Part shown: one piece after another, positions 1-10,551 of the stretch
How positions within the stretch are numbered: position 1 is the stretch's first letter
Layout of the letters: the number at the start of each line of letters is the position of its first letter
Source of the DNA: Rotaria socialis
Taxonomy: Eukaryota
Assembly (NCBI GenBank): GCA_905331295.1
Contig: CAJNYD010000056.1
Span: forward strand, 62,001-126,000
DNA length: 64,000 bases
Reading direction: 5' to 3'
Translations under genes and position numbers: made by a program
Notes under the pieces: model-generated
The model's input: the letters and a program-made list of their open reading frames with translations, nothing else
The model's database searches: none
What the model was told of the DNA's origin: nothing

Positions 1-4
1 GAAA

Positions 5-562
5 ATGCAATGGCATACAAACAAACTAATTTTATTATCTAACCTTGAAGTACTATCATTAAACTTCATAAGTATTGATCGATTATTCTCACTTTTACCC
101 TATTGTCCAAAACTTCGTTCACTATCAATGACACTTGATTCTCGGAGTACTTCATCCGCGCCCAACGATGCGAGTGAACTATCAACAAAACCAATTCAAA
201 CATTTCCTCAAATACGCAATCTTCGATTTTGTCTTCGTTCATTTAATCTCCCGGTTCTTCAATGTTTATTAAATGCTCTACCGTCGATTACACTTTTGTC
301 AATCGATACTCTCATATACAATGAAGAATATATACGTGCTCCGTTTTGGACATTATTATTACAGCAACGATTACCATTGTTAGAACGTATCAGATTAATT
401 TTACGAGGATTTTTCACTTTACAACCAAATAAAGTTATCGTTCTATACCGACGAAATCTCATTGATGGTTATAAATGCGATCGATATTGGCTTGATCGAG
501 CGCATAGAAAAATATTCGTTTGTTACGAAAACCCAACGTCCGTGGTGCTTCAAATTCGATAA
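5..562 (+). CDS. 3' exon of an F-box/LRR-like (RNI-like) protein; partial, 5' end probably outside the window
   Basis: 185-aa open frame with LxxLxL repeats (LEVLSL, LRSLSM, IRNLRF, ITLLSI, LERIRL) and a 'FWTLLLQQRLPLLERIRL' segment typical of these proteins. Stop at 562. Confidence 0.6.
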   Translation: MQWHTNKLILLSNLEVLSLNFISIDRLFSLLPYCPKLRSLSMTLDSRSTSSAPNDASELSTKPIQTFPQIRNLRFCLRSFNLPVLQCLLNALPSITLLSIDTLIYNEEYIRAPFWTLLLQQRLPLLERIRLILRGFFTLQPNKVIVLYRRNLIDGYKCDRYWLDRAHRKIFVCYENPTSVVLQIR

Positions 563-649
563 ATCTTTTTGTATGAAATTTTTAATGCTTTTTTAGCGCT
601 GTAATTTTTCTTTGTATTAATAAGAACGAGAAATTATTTACTATAGAAG

Positions 650-976
650 AATGACTTGATAAGGCATGAAGAGGTTCTTTCGTACGAGCGTTTAGAAATC
701 AAAATTTAATCGGTACATAAAGCTAGCCGTCCGTAGAATATACTGAAGTTTCAGCCGGGAATAATATTCTAATGAGAGGATATTCAATTTTTAAAAACAT
801 GATAAGTTGCCATTGGTATATCAAATTTTCCTTGAAGTTTCAACTGATCGACTGAAGTTTTTAGGATATTTGATGGATTATTAGACGAAGCCTACTGATG
901 AAACTATAAATCAAAAATAGAGTAGAAATTTCGTACCATGTCCTCCATCATAGGTCACATGCCTTATCAAGTCATT
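650..976. mobile_element. MITE-like element with perfect 19-bp terminal inverted repeats
   Basis: aatgacttgataaggcatg (650-668) is the exact reverse complement of catgccttatcaagtcatt (958-976). Non-coding interior; no clear TSD. Confidence 0.7.
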
Positions 977-1119
977 GTGTTGAATTAATGATAAGCTTAA
1001 TCCTTAGCTATTCATTCGATCGATTATTTTTGCTTGTTTTTTTGCTTCTGTTATACTGATAGATATTCGAAGAGTAATGAGAATTTGATAGACAAGTATT
1101 ATTTTGTTTGCCTTTTTAG

Positions 1120-2685
1120 ATGTCTTCAGTATTATTTGATCTTATTCTTGTTTGGTCTTCCCAAGAATCTGATGCCGATTATTTGGAATTACAAAATTTG
1201 CTGAAGACTGAATTTCCTAATGAATTTCTTATTCATTCATTTACCACAACAAAACAAGCAATTGAACATGTTCAATCAATAAAAAAACCTTCTCGATTAT
1301 CAATCGTAATTACAAAATTAGGTACCAATGAAGAAACATCAAGTAAACCATTAATTGAAGCCATTCGTTCACATGATAAACATACTTTCATTATACTTCA
1401 CTCTTGTACAGCGTGTCGTGATCCGAATATTCGGTAAAATTTTCATTAGAATATTTATGAATGATTCTTTTTTAATCTTCTTTAAGATGGTCTTTTGCTT
1501 CTCTCGGTGTTAATATGATAACAGAAACTATCAAACCAATTCGTGATGTATTTCAACAATTAATTCCATTAGCTCAACCAAGTTCCAAATCAAAATATGC
1601 CTGTCTTTATTGTAAATGGCCATCATTTTCACTTGAACAACTTTGTATTCATGTTCCACTTTATCATACAAATGAACAAGAATTTTCTGTTAAATGTAAT
1701 TTGTGTCAACGACCAACACATAATTATGCTGTACATTTACATGACGAACACAGCCCAGAACAACACCCACGATCAATAGCAGGACCGTTATATGCATTTT
1801 CTTTAGTTGTATGTCGACGCAAACGTGATAACTGTTTTCTTGTTGTTCAAGAATCCGGTTCGATGGGTTTTTGGTTACCTGGAGGTCGTGTTGAACTAGG
1901 AGAACAGCTTGACAAAGCAGCTGAACGTGAAACATTGGAAGAAGCAGGTGTTAAAATAAGATTGACTGGAGTATTAAAAATTGAATTCATACCACGAAGT
2001 GATTCGAATCGTCTTCGCATAATTTTCTTTGCGGAACCTGCTGATGAAAATGATTGCGAACCGAAAACTATACCTGATTATGAAAGGTTAGCTCATATTT
2101 TTTCATTGAAACTTAATGCTTGGTAAAATTTTCTGGTACAACTAGTTTCCTTTTCCTTCCGAACTGAAAATAATGCAAATAGGTTCCGGTACAAGCTTTT
2201 TACCGATCAATAATGTGACCTAGAGCTCATAAATGATGGATTAAATAGAACGTTAAATATAGAGCTCACGAAATTATATTTGATTTGAAGACGTACACGG
2301 AAAAAATAGGATTAATTTCTTACAGTTGTATGCAAAGCCGAGCATCGTGAATCTCCATGTAGATCATGTGTCTGTTTAGTATATCATACAGATTGTGTAA
2401 ACAAATTCTGTTCCTAAAACTGAATTTGAACACAATGATCCTACAGCTAATGAATGCAAAACCATATCTATACTCTGTTTTACGCGAACAAAAAGTTCTT
2501 CTTATGAAAGTTTTTGTTTTTCATTTAAATTTAGTTACGGAGCTATGTGGTTAACATATGAACAAACAGTTCAATGTAGCACACAAGGTCAATTACGTGG
2601 TAATGAACCATTAAAATGGTTTAAATATATTGCACAAGATGGCATAATACATCCGTTAAGTATACTTTCAAAAAATGAACTATAA
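1120..2685 (+). CDS. Nudix hydrolase (NUDT18-like) with N-terminal receiver-like domain and tandem Di19/KCMF1-type C2H2 zinc fingers, about 354 aa
   Basis: Exons 1120-1433, 1487-2086, 2535-2685; GT-AG introns, phases consistent. Canonical Nudix box GRVELGEQLDKAAERETLEEAGV. Zinc fingers CLYC..HVPLYH and CNLC..HLHDEH. Confidence 0.85.
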
Positions 2686-2792
2686 AGTACTTTTATTTTA
2701 ATCAAGAAATATAAAAAAAGGAATATTATTTTTTATTTATATGTATCGTTTTGTATGAATTCCAAAATAATTTGAAAAAATTAATAATCAAT

Positions 2793-4546
2793 TCATTTTT
2801 TATATCGCATTCTCTGTACAATACGTTCTGTTTGTGCCATACTCACTGCTTCATCTTCTCTTAAATCATAAGTCATTTCAGTAATAGGCGCTGCTGGCGC
2901 TGCTACTGGTGCAAAAGCTGGTGCTTCTTCTTCGCTGTTTGCATCATCACCGCCGGCACAATCGGTTTTAACTTTATCCATAAGGCCAGCCCCACGACGA
3001 TACGATGCACGAGTAGCCATACGCGAATGATAAACTGGCTCGGGGACCGGTTCTGGTTTATATCGACTTCGTAATTCACTCATATCAACACATTTAGAAT
3101 AGAGTTCTTTAGCTGCAGACGATGTTGCTCCACCTAGATTTTCCATTTGTTTAACTCGTAGATTCTTGGTTACTAACAAGCGGTTAACTCTTGCGGTTAT
3201 TTCTTCTTCGTTAATGCCGTCAGCTTCAGCTTGTGCCATTTCTTTCTGTATATCTTCCTCTGCATCTTTCATAAGACGTTCTAAGGATATTTCTTCACGT
3301 ACACCACCAATTATGACTTGAGCTAATAATTTTGCATTTACCATTGGAACATATTGCCCACCGGTTAAGTAAGCAAGAGTCATAAAAAAATCACGATAGG
3401 GTACTAAACATAGACAAATATTCCTAGAAAAACAAGTTCTAAGTCTCCTTGCAATTTAGTCTTTATGTAATTATTCAATCAAGTGTAAAAGTCCAAAACA
3501 AAGAATTATATTCAATAACGATTGATTGAACTTTCATTGTTTATTTCGTGATAGATGTTTTTATTAAAATTTTCACAAATCTAAACTCAATCTACAGATA
3601 CAAATCGACGTCGAAACTATTAATTACTGACTTCACAAGAAATATATCCTATTCTTAGTCAAAATTTTCTTTAAATATTTATAAAACTTCATCGTTAGGA
3701 CTTTGTCTCTAAGATTCATTCGTAACTATAAAATGAATTTCCACAGGAGAATACATATTTTCTTTGATTACATTTACTGAAGATACTATAACTATCTAAG
3801 GATAACTATAATGCGACGTTGCGCATGATAATAGTAGTTAATTAGATTGTAAGTAAAATGAACTAACCGATAGGTGGTTCAACTCCGACACAGTAAAGCG
3901 TGATTTGTTTTTCAGCCATGTCTCGCACTGTTTTTATAGGATCAATACCAGACGGATCTCCATCAGGAAAACCATCACCACAATTAGGGTCGAGTCCATG
4001 CGGAGGTGCATCTGAAATGAGTACACAAATTTTGGTTGCCTCAGGACGCCATGATAATTTTAGAACACCATGTAATGCATCTGCTACAGCTTCAGGTGTA
4101 TCACCACCTCCCGATGCTTCACATTGCTCGAGCCAACCTTTCATTTCTTTAACACTACCTGTGAAGTCATGTACACGAATAACGAATGTATTTTCCTATA
4201 AGCATAAATCAATAAATAGACGTTAGAGAAAAAACCTTGAGAAATAAACTTGTGGAGGATGATCTCGGTATTCGACAAGCGCTAAATGAATATCACTTTT
4301 TTCACTTGTTACAATTTCTTCCACAATGGCACGAATATTTTGTGTTGCACTTTCAATATAACTTCCCATTGAACCAGTGCAATCCATAGCAAATGCTAAA
4401 TCTGAATTAATTTGAGTAGGAAGAAGAAAAAAACCAACATCTATATAATTATTTTATTTAATTCGAATAAAATTACCGAGAATACTCGAATCATGTTTGG
4501 CTAATTGAGGTTGTGCAGGCTTTTCTACATGTAATGCAGCGGCCAT
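2793..4546 (-). CDS. von Willebrand factor A domain protein (vwkA-like vWA, no kinase domain), about 386 aa
   Basis: Exons 4546-4477, 4401-4250, 4195-3868, 3403-2793, in phase. MIDAS-like DLAFAMDCTGSMGSYI, plus YRDHPPQ, GGGDTPEAVADAL, ISDAPPHG and TGGQYVP. Confidence 0.85.
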
Positions 4547-4850
4547 TTTGTCTATTGAGCGTGCGTTAAATCTACAAAAAAAAAGAAATTTGACTGCGCT
4601 CGTTTGTGCTTTACTACCGTCGTCTATTTCTATATATGCCTGATGCAAACTACGTACATATTTATTTTTCACCTTTGTGGAGCAGTAGAAAGGAGAAAAA
4701 GAAAAATATTTTTTAACGGCATCTTCGCTATGGGTATGGATGATTCATCGGTTATGTCCTTCAACAGAGAAAAGCTACCGTTTCACCTACGATGAAAATT
4801 AAATACTATAATCAAATCTATTCTAGAAAAGTAATCTATTAAATCTAGTC

Positions 4851-7800
4851 ATGGCAACAACACGTGAACGTTATCTTCAGTGGAAAAATCGTTTATTATT
4901 ACCACAATTACCAATCGAGATATGGTCTCATGTTTTTTCATATCTTGAAATCTCTGATTTATTATCACTACGTCTTGTTTCACGATTATTCTATTCCTGT
5001 GCTAATCGACATACGCCGTTTTGGTTATCGGTGATATTTGATATTGATCAATGTCCTAATTATTTAATTCAGACAAATCTATTAAATAATGTTCGTTCAT
5101 CGAATGTGAATTTATTTACGAAATCGAATCTTTACTCTCATTGCAATATTTATTTAAAAAGCCAACCATTAATAAGTTCAAGGAATAAACGACGTAAACG
5201 ACGTTTACTATTGTCTCAACAAAATGATGATGAATCAAAAAGACAATTACATTTACGTTGTTCATCAGTTCATTTTGAGTCGCTTCGATCATTTGATCAA
5301 TTACAACTTGAGTGTCTATTAACAAAGCGTGTACGCCATTTAGAATTATCATACGAATGTCTGCCAACGGAACCATCGCTTAATTTTCTATTAAAAATCG
5401 AACGATTAAGATATTTAAAACTTATATTTATGCATAATATTAATGAACTTGATTCATTTTCTACAATGATAATTAATACAATGCATGATATTATTATTTT
5501 ACTATTCAAATTAAAAAGGTATACAATAAAACAATGTTTATTTTTAGAGCCATGAATTTCACAATAAGAGATTATTGGTGTTCAGAATTATCGGAATATA
5601 GAATATGTTTCATATAAGAAAGAACAGATCGATCGGAACTATAACTAGAGAATAATTTTGATTGAATAATATACATCAATTTTATAAGAGAAATTGGTAG
5701 TGTATGAATGATTAGAATTATTTTTATATTGAAAATAAGAAATTTCTATCGATGAATCATCTGATTACTTTGGCTTATTTATCAGTTGTTGAAGAAAATT
5801 CAAAGATTTTTGATTTTTCAATTTACGTCTAAAATTTAGTTAAATATGCACTCGTGAACAAACTAGATTTTTTTATTGTGTTATTCACAACGTCTAGTCA
5901 TGAGATGTTAAAAAAACGTACGACTGTTTCAATCACTTTTTCGAACAACTACTATTCATAACATACAATTGATTTTATGCAAAACAATTTTTACACACAA
6001 GCTATTCACGACGTATACAATGTAAGATTGTCAAAGCAATGCCAACCAAGAGTATTAGATTTCTATGGTAGACTATGTCTCTATTCTAGTGATATGCAAA
6101 ACCAGTACCGGGGACTTTCGTACTCTTGGATACAGATGAGGTAGATCAATGTGTACTGCAAAAACTGAGTCGATTTATATATGTTGTGAATAGTTCTAAA
6201 AAAAAAAAGTTTTTTTTTGAAAAAATCCCTGTACCGCCCCCCCTCAGGGAAGGTCTGGTCAATACTAACAATTTTTTCGATAACTCACCCATTTCTTGAC
6301 GGATCCTTCTCATCTTCGAACTCGACTGAGATATTAATGAGATCATTATCTGTACAAAATTTCATGGCAATTGGATGAGGCTTTCAAAGGTTATCGTGTT
6401 AACGGGCGGACGGACACACTGACCAAATGTAGTGTACTCACTTTTTTTGAGTACACAAAATACGAGTATTGAAAAATCATTTAAAATATGAAATAAAGAA
6501 ATTTTTGCAGCAATTTTCTCTAAACAACCACGGACAGTCAACTAGCTAGAATCGGAACCGAAAAGTGGTCCCCTATATCTCTACTCTGTTCTAATATAAC
6601 TATTGACGAAGTGTGTAAAAATAACAAGATTTTTTAAGTGGAATTTAATTTTGTATTAATAATGAACCCCAAAAATATTATATTTCTTGAACACTCATGT
6701 ATGTTTTCAAGTCACCTATACAACAAAGTTTAGTTTTTTATTGAAAATTTTCTTTTACTTTAAGATAGTAAAATGTTTCCATTACAGCGTGCTTTATTAA
6801 TCAATGGATTCACCCTTTTTGGTTTATGTTTTGTTAGTTTTCTCGGTGATTGCTTGTGTTTTGGACGACCTTTTTCAATTTATTCACCCTCCAATACATA
6901 CGTTCGTGCTTTGACTGATAATCTCACTCATGGATTAGTTAGTGTATTTGCCACAAGTTTTCTATTTGGTTGGACTCGACGGTCACTATTAATCATAGCT
7001 TTAATAGCGGGTTCTTTTGTTGATATCGATCATTTTATTGAAGTACGTTCATTATCGTTATATCGTGCATTACATGATCAACCACGAGATCGACCATTTC
7101 TTCATAATAGTCTGCTTTTGTTAATAATTACTTTCATCGTTTATACGATTGAACTTTTTCTATGGCGATCTCAAAATACTTTTTATTCGATTGTATTTTT
7201 TCTTGGTTGGTCAACACATCATCTAAGAGATGCTCAAAGGCGTGGTTTAACTTTATCACCATTGGGACAAACTTCGCCTATTGATCATTATCTACCGATT
7301 ATATGCATTTCATTAATAGCTATGAAATTAGTTCACTTATTTGTATTTAATACTCAACCAGCATCTTATGTAAATGTGTCTATTGTTTAAAACAATACTT
7401 GAATAAATATCTAAGAATGATGTGAAAACATTTTATTGAATTTAGTTTTTCTATATTCCGATTATTCTCGAAAACATGATCTAATCGAGTTTTATAGTAT
7501 GACTAGTTGGAATGTTTAAAAGGACGAAGTGTTGAAATGAATATTAATCGATTTTTCAGGAGCGAAAACTTTGATTTGTATATTAATATAAAATCAGCTG
7601 ACGAGAGAACCTCCCCAAGTGGTGCCGACCATTCGGGTTCATATTGCGCTCATAACTAGGGCCCAGTGAGACTAGAAAAGACCTAGAAGATTTCGTGCCA
7701 TTAGGCCTTTCTCTCACAGTTATGACCGTTCTACTGAATTTTCGACCTTGGACAAGTAATTTATAGAAAAACTGAAAATTTTCCTAACAACCATAGGTCT

Positions 7801-10331
7801 CATCGATGTTGGAAGGCTCCAAAAGTTTCAGTAAAAACGGATGTATCATTCTCGAGATATTGCATATTAATGAAAACGGTCATTTTTTCAGTTCGAAATT
7901 CCTTCATTCAGGTTTTCTATAAATTACTTGTCCAAGGTCGAAAATTCAGTAGAACGGTCATAATTTTGAGAGAAACACCTAATGGCACGAAGTCTTCTAC
8001 GCTTTTTCTAGTCTCACTGGGTCCTACTTATGAGCGCAATATGAAGCCGAATGGTCGACGCCACTTGGAGAGGTTCCCTCGTGAGCTTTTCTTTCCAGCT
8101 CGTTTAAATGAAAAATCTTAAACGATGAAAATTTTGAAGTACAATAGTGTAATTAATATTTTAATACTTATATATTTATCAAAAAAATGCCGGATGTATC
8201 TCGATACGTTCCTCATTGTGACTTTCAAATTAACTACAACAATATGTCAATGCATATATTTTATTGAGTTTGATCAGTCTTACCAGTTTAAGTAAACATT
8301 CATTAGATTAATCTTCGATCAAAGATCAAAATCGAAGTGTAAAATTGTCGAAGGAAACTATTTAATACAAATATAAATATTGGTCAATCTAACTGTCAAT
8401 AGGCGAATAATTTATTTCCGTTCTTAATCCGCTTTATATATATCTGTATGAACAATTCAATCCGATGTTCTAATCACTACTATCTTGAATCTAAATAGTT
8501 GATGAGAAATCATCTTTACATTTTTTGTTAATTTACAAAAAAACTTCAAACGATCATAATTCGTATACTTAGATTTTATTTAAAATCTTAATAAAGTCAG
8601 TCTCGAATTCTATTATAAACAAACAAAAATAATTCTCTTATGGAGATATACACGATTGTTTATTGTTACAGGCTGAAATCGTTGATACTTCACAATTTGA
8701 ATGTCATTCAAGCCTTTCCAGATAATGGTACGCATTGAGAAATAAATTCAAATAGATTGATAGATATATTCTCACTATTTTAGTATATTTTATTGAACAT
8801 CTAAGATCCATATGGTTGGAAGACTGTATTAATGTTCATTTTCTTCTCGGTGCTATTGATACGCGATCTATAAAGGTATTCTAAATTGAATTCTAAATTT
8901 GAAAAAAAGTCTCTTATTCATGTTTTATTCAAGAATGTTATAGTACGTCGTTCAACATGCGACCGTACTATATTAACAACATTTATTGGTCGACTAGATA
9001 CTCTTCATTATTTAGATTTGTCTTCCTTACAAAGTAAAATAGTCTACTGAAATAATCTTCAAGTTGATTTTCTTTTATCTGCTTATCAGTTAATAGATCA
9101 ACGAACTACAATAATGAACAATTGAATCTTCCATCTAAATTAAAAGCATGCAGTTTAAATAGTACACTACTACAATTTTGTTCGTTTATGCCTCATATAT
9201 CTTTAAGTTCACTTGAATTAATTGATATCAATATTGATTTATTATCAATCATTCTTAAAACGTTGCAATCATTAAAAACATTGTGTCTGTTGTAAGTCTA
9301 GAAGTCCGCTCGCTTCTTCCGATGAAGAAATATAATTTTTACCTTACCAAGGATATTTACATGAAGAAATGGGCGTCACTTTCAGATGAAATCAAGCTGC
9401 CCTATGAATTTAAAAACACCAAGCCACCTGTTCTCAAACTCCTCTGAGTTTTTGCAGGATCTTGATAAAATATGAGAAGAAAAAAAAGGCTTTTTTTATT
9501 TATCATATCAAAACTATTATTGAGTAGAGAAGTCAACAGTTGTCTATTAATGCAGATAGTTTAAATGATCGATTTATGAAATAATATCCTGCTCAATAAG
9601 GAGAGAACCAACCATTCGGACTTTCATTTGCTATGAAGACGACAAGAATATATTAGTCGCATGTAAAAACATTTAGGGTAGAACTCAGATTAAAATCGAT
9701 TGAGAATCGATTATAATCAAAAATAATCCAAAAAACAAAATTTTTATCGATTATTCCTATTATTTTCGATTGAAAATTCATGAAAAAAATTGANAAATTT
9801 TGTTTTTTGGATTATTTTTGATTATAACCGATTCCGAATCGATTAAAGGTGTATGATTATAATCGATTTTCAATCATTTTTCAATCGATTTTAATCTGAT
9901 TTCTACCCTAAATTTTTTTACATGGGCGTGACGCTAATCGATAGTTATGATATCTCGCCTGCGTGCATCTTTAAACCTGAGTTATATTTTTCAACGTACA
10001 TTGAACTTTGAAAATTTGCTTCAAATATTAGAACTTACTTCTAAAGGCGAGCCCTTTTTGTCCTCGTCTCGTTTTGCCGAAGCCATTTCATAAACCTCAT
10101 ATTTCTCAGTTGTCTAAAATTTAACTTTCATTTAGTTTTACTACTAAAAATGTTTCATTATCTTCAATGGTCAACCATCTTCATCAATCACAATATTCTC
10201 AACTATGGATTCATTTTCATATATTATCACTGGAAGATTATGATGAGAAACAAACGTTACCATCGAATATTTTAATAATGCCCATAAAAAATTTTCTCAC
10301 ATGTTTTTGTTATCGAAATCGAATTAAATAA
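4851..10331 (+). CDS. F-box/LRR protein, about 437 aa, 6 exons; 3.1-kb first intron hosts TMEM267 and MITEs
   Basis: F-box LPQLPIEIWSHVFSYLEISDLLSLRLVSRLF. Exons 4851-5518, 8672-8727, 8784-8875, 8934-9033, 9090-9291, 10136-10331 join in frame (1314 nt) via GT-AG and continue LxxLxL repeats. Confidence 0.75.
6150..6459 (+). mobile_element. Non-autonomous Helentron/DINE-1-like element
   Basis: 3' stem-loop gtgtactca-ctttttt-tgagtacac (6432-6456). The 5' subterminal tgtgtactgcaaaa (6150-6163) is complementary to the hairpin's 3' arm. A cggacggac microsatellite precedes the hairpin; the interior is GC-richer than the flanks. Confidence 0.55.
6773..7390 (+). CDS. TMEM267: Transmembrane protein 267 homolog; intronless, nested in the F-box gene intron
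   Basis: Motifs DNLTHG, SFVDIDHFIEVRSLSL, RPFLHNS and WSTHHLRDAQRRGL; several hydrophobic segments; 205 aa. Confidence 0.85.
   Translation: MFPLQRALLINGFTLFGLCFVSFLGDCLCFGRPFSIYSPSNTYVRALTDNLTHGLVSVFATSFLFGWTRRSLLIIALIAGSFVDIDHFIEVRSLSLYRALHDQPRDRPFLHNSLLLLIITFIVYTIELFLWRSQNTFYSIVFFLGWSTHHLRDAQRRGLTLSPLGQTSPIDHYLPIICISLIAMKLVHLFVFNTQPASYVNVSIV
7596..8087. mobile_element. Fold-back MITE with about 180-bp imperfect TIRs
   Basis: About 7596-7776 is the reverse complement of about 7907-8087 (e.g. tgaccgttctactgaattttcgaccttggacaagtaatttatagaaaa vs ttttctataaattacttgtccaaggtcgaaaattcagtagaacggtca). agct is present at both ends. Confidence 0.9.
9660..9924. mobile_element. MITE with about 45-bp TIRs and internal aatcgatt repeats
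   Basis: catgtaaaaacatttagggtagaactcagattaaaatcgattg pairs with caatcgattttaatctgatttctaccctaaattttttta-catg. An inner inverted pair tataatcaaaaataatccaaaaaacaaaattt is also present. Confidence 0.85.
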
Positions 10332-10551
10332 AATATAAGAATGTATATGTTTTTTTTATACAAGGTTTTTGCTCAATAATTACCTTCTTTGATTTTTTTT
10401 TAAAAATAAATAAACAAACAAACACGCACACGCGCACAAGGAAGAAGAGAAAGGAGCAAAAAGAAAACTGTTGAAACACCTTTTTTTGTTTGTTTGCTTT
10501 GTGTAGGTTTTGAAAAAGAAGAGAAAGAAAAGGGAAAGAAAGAGAAAACAT

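Noticed and set aside
7870..8121. 83-aa ORF
   Set aside because: It lies mostly in a MITE arm and has no protein features.
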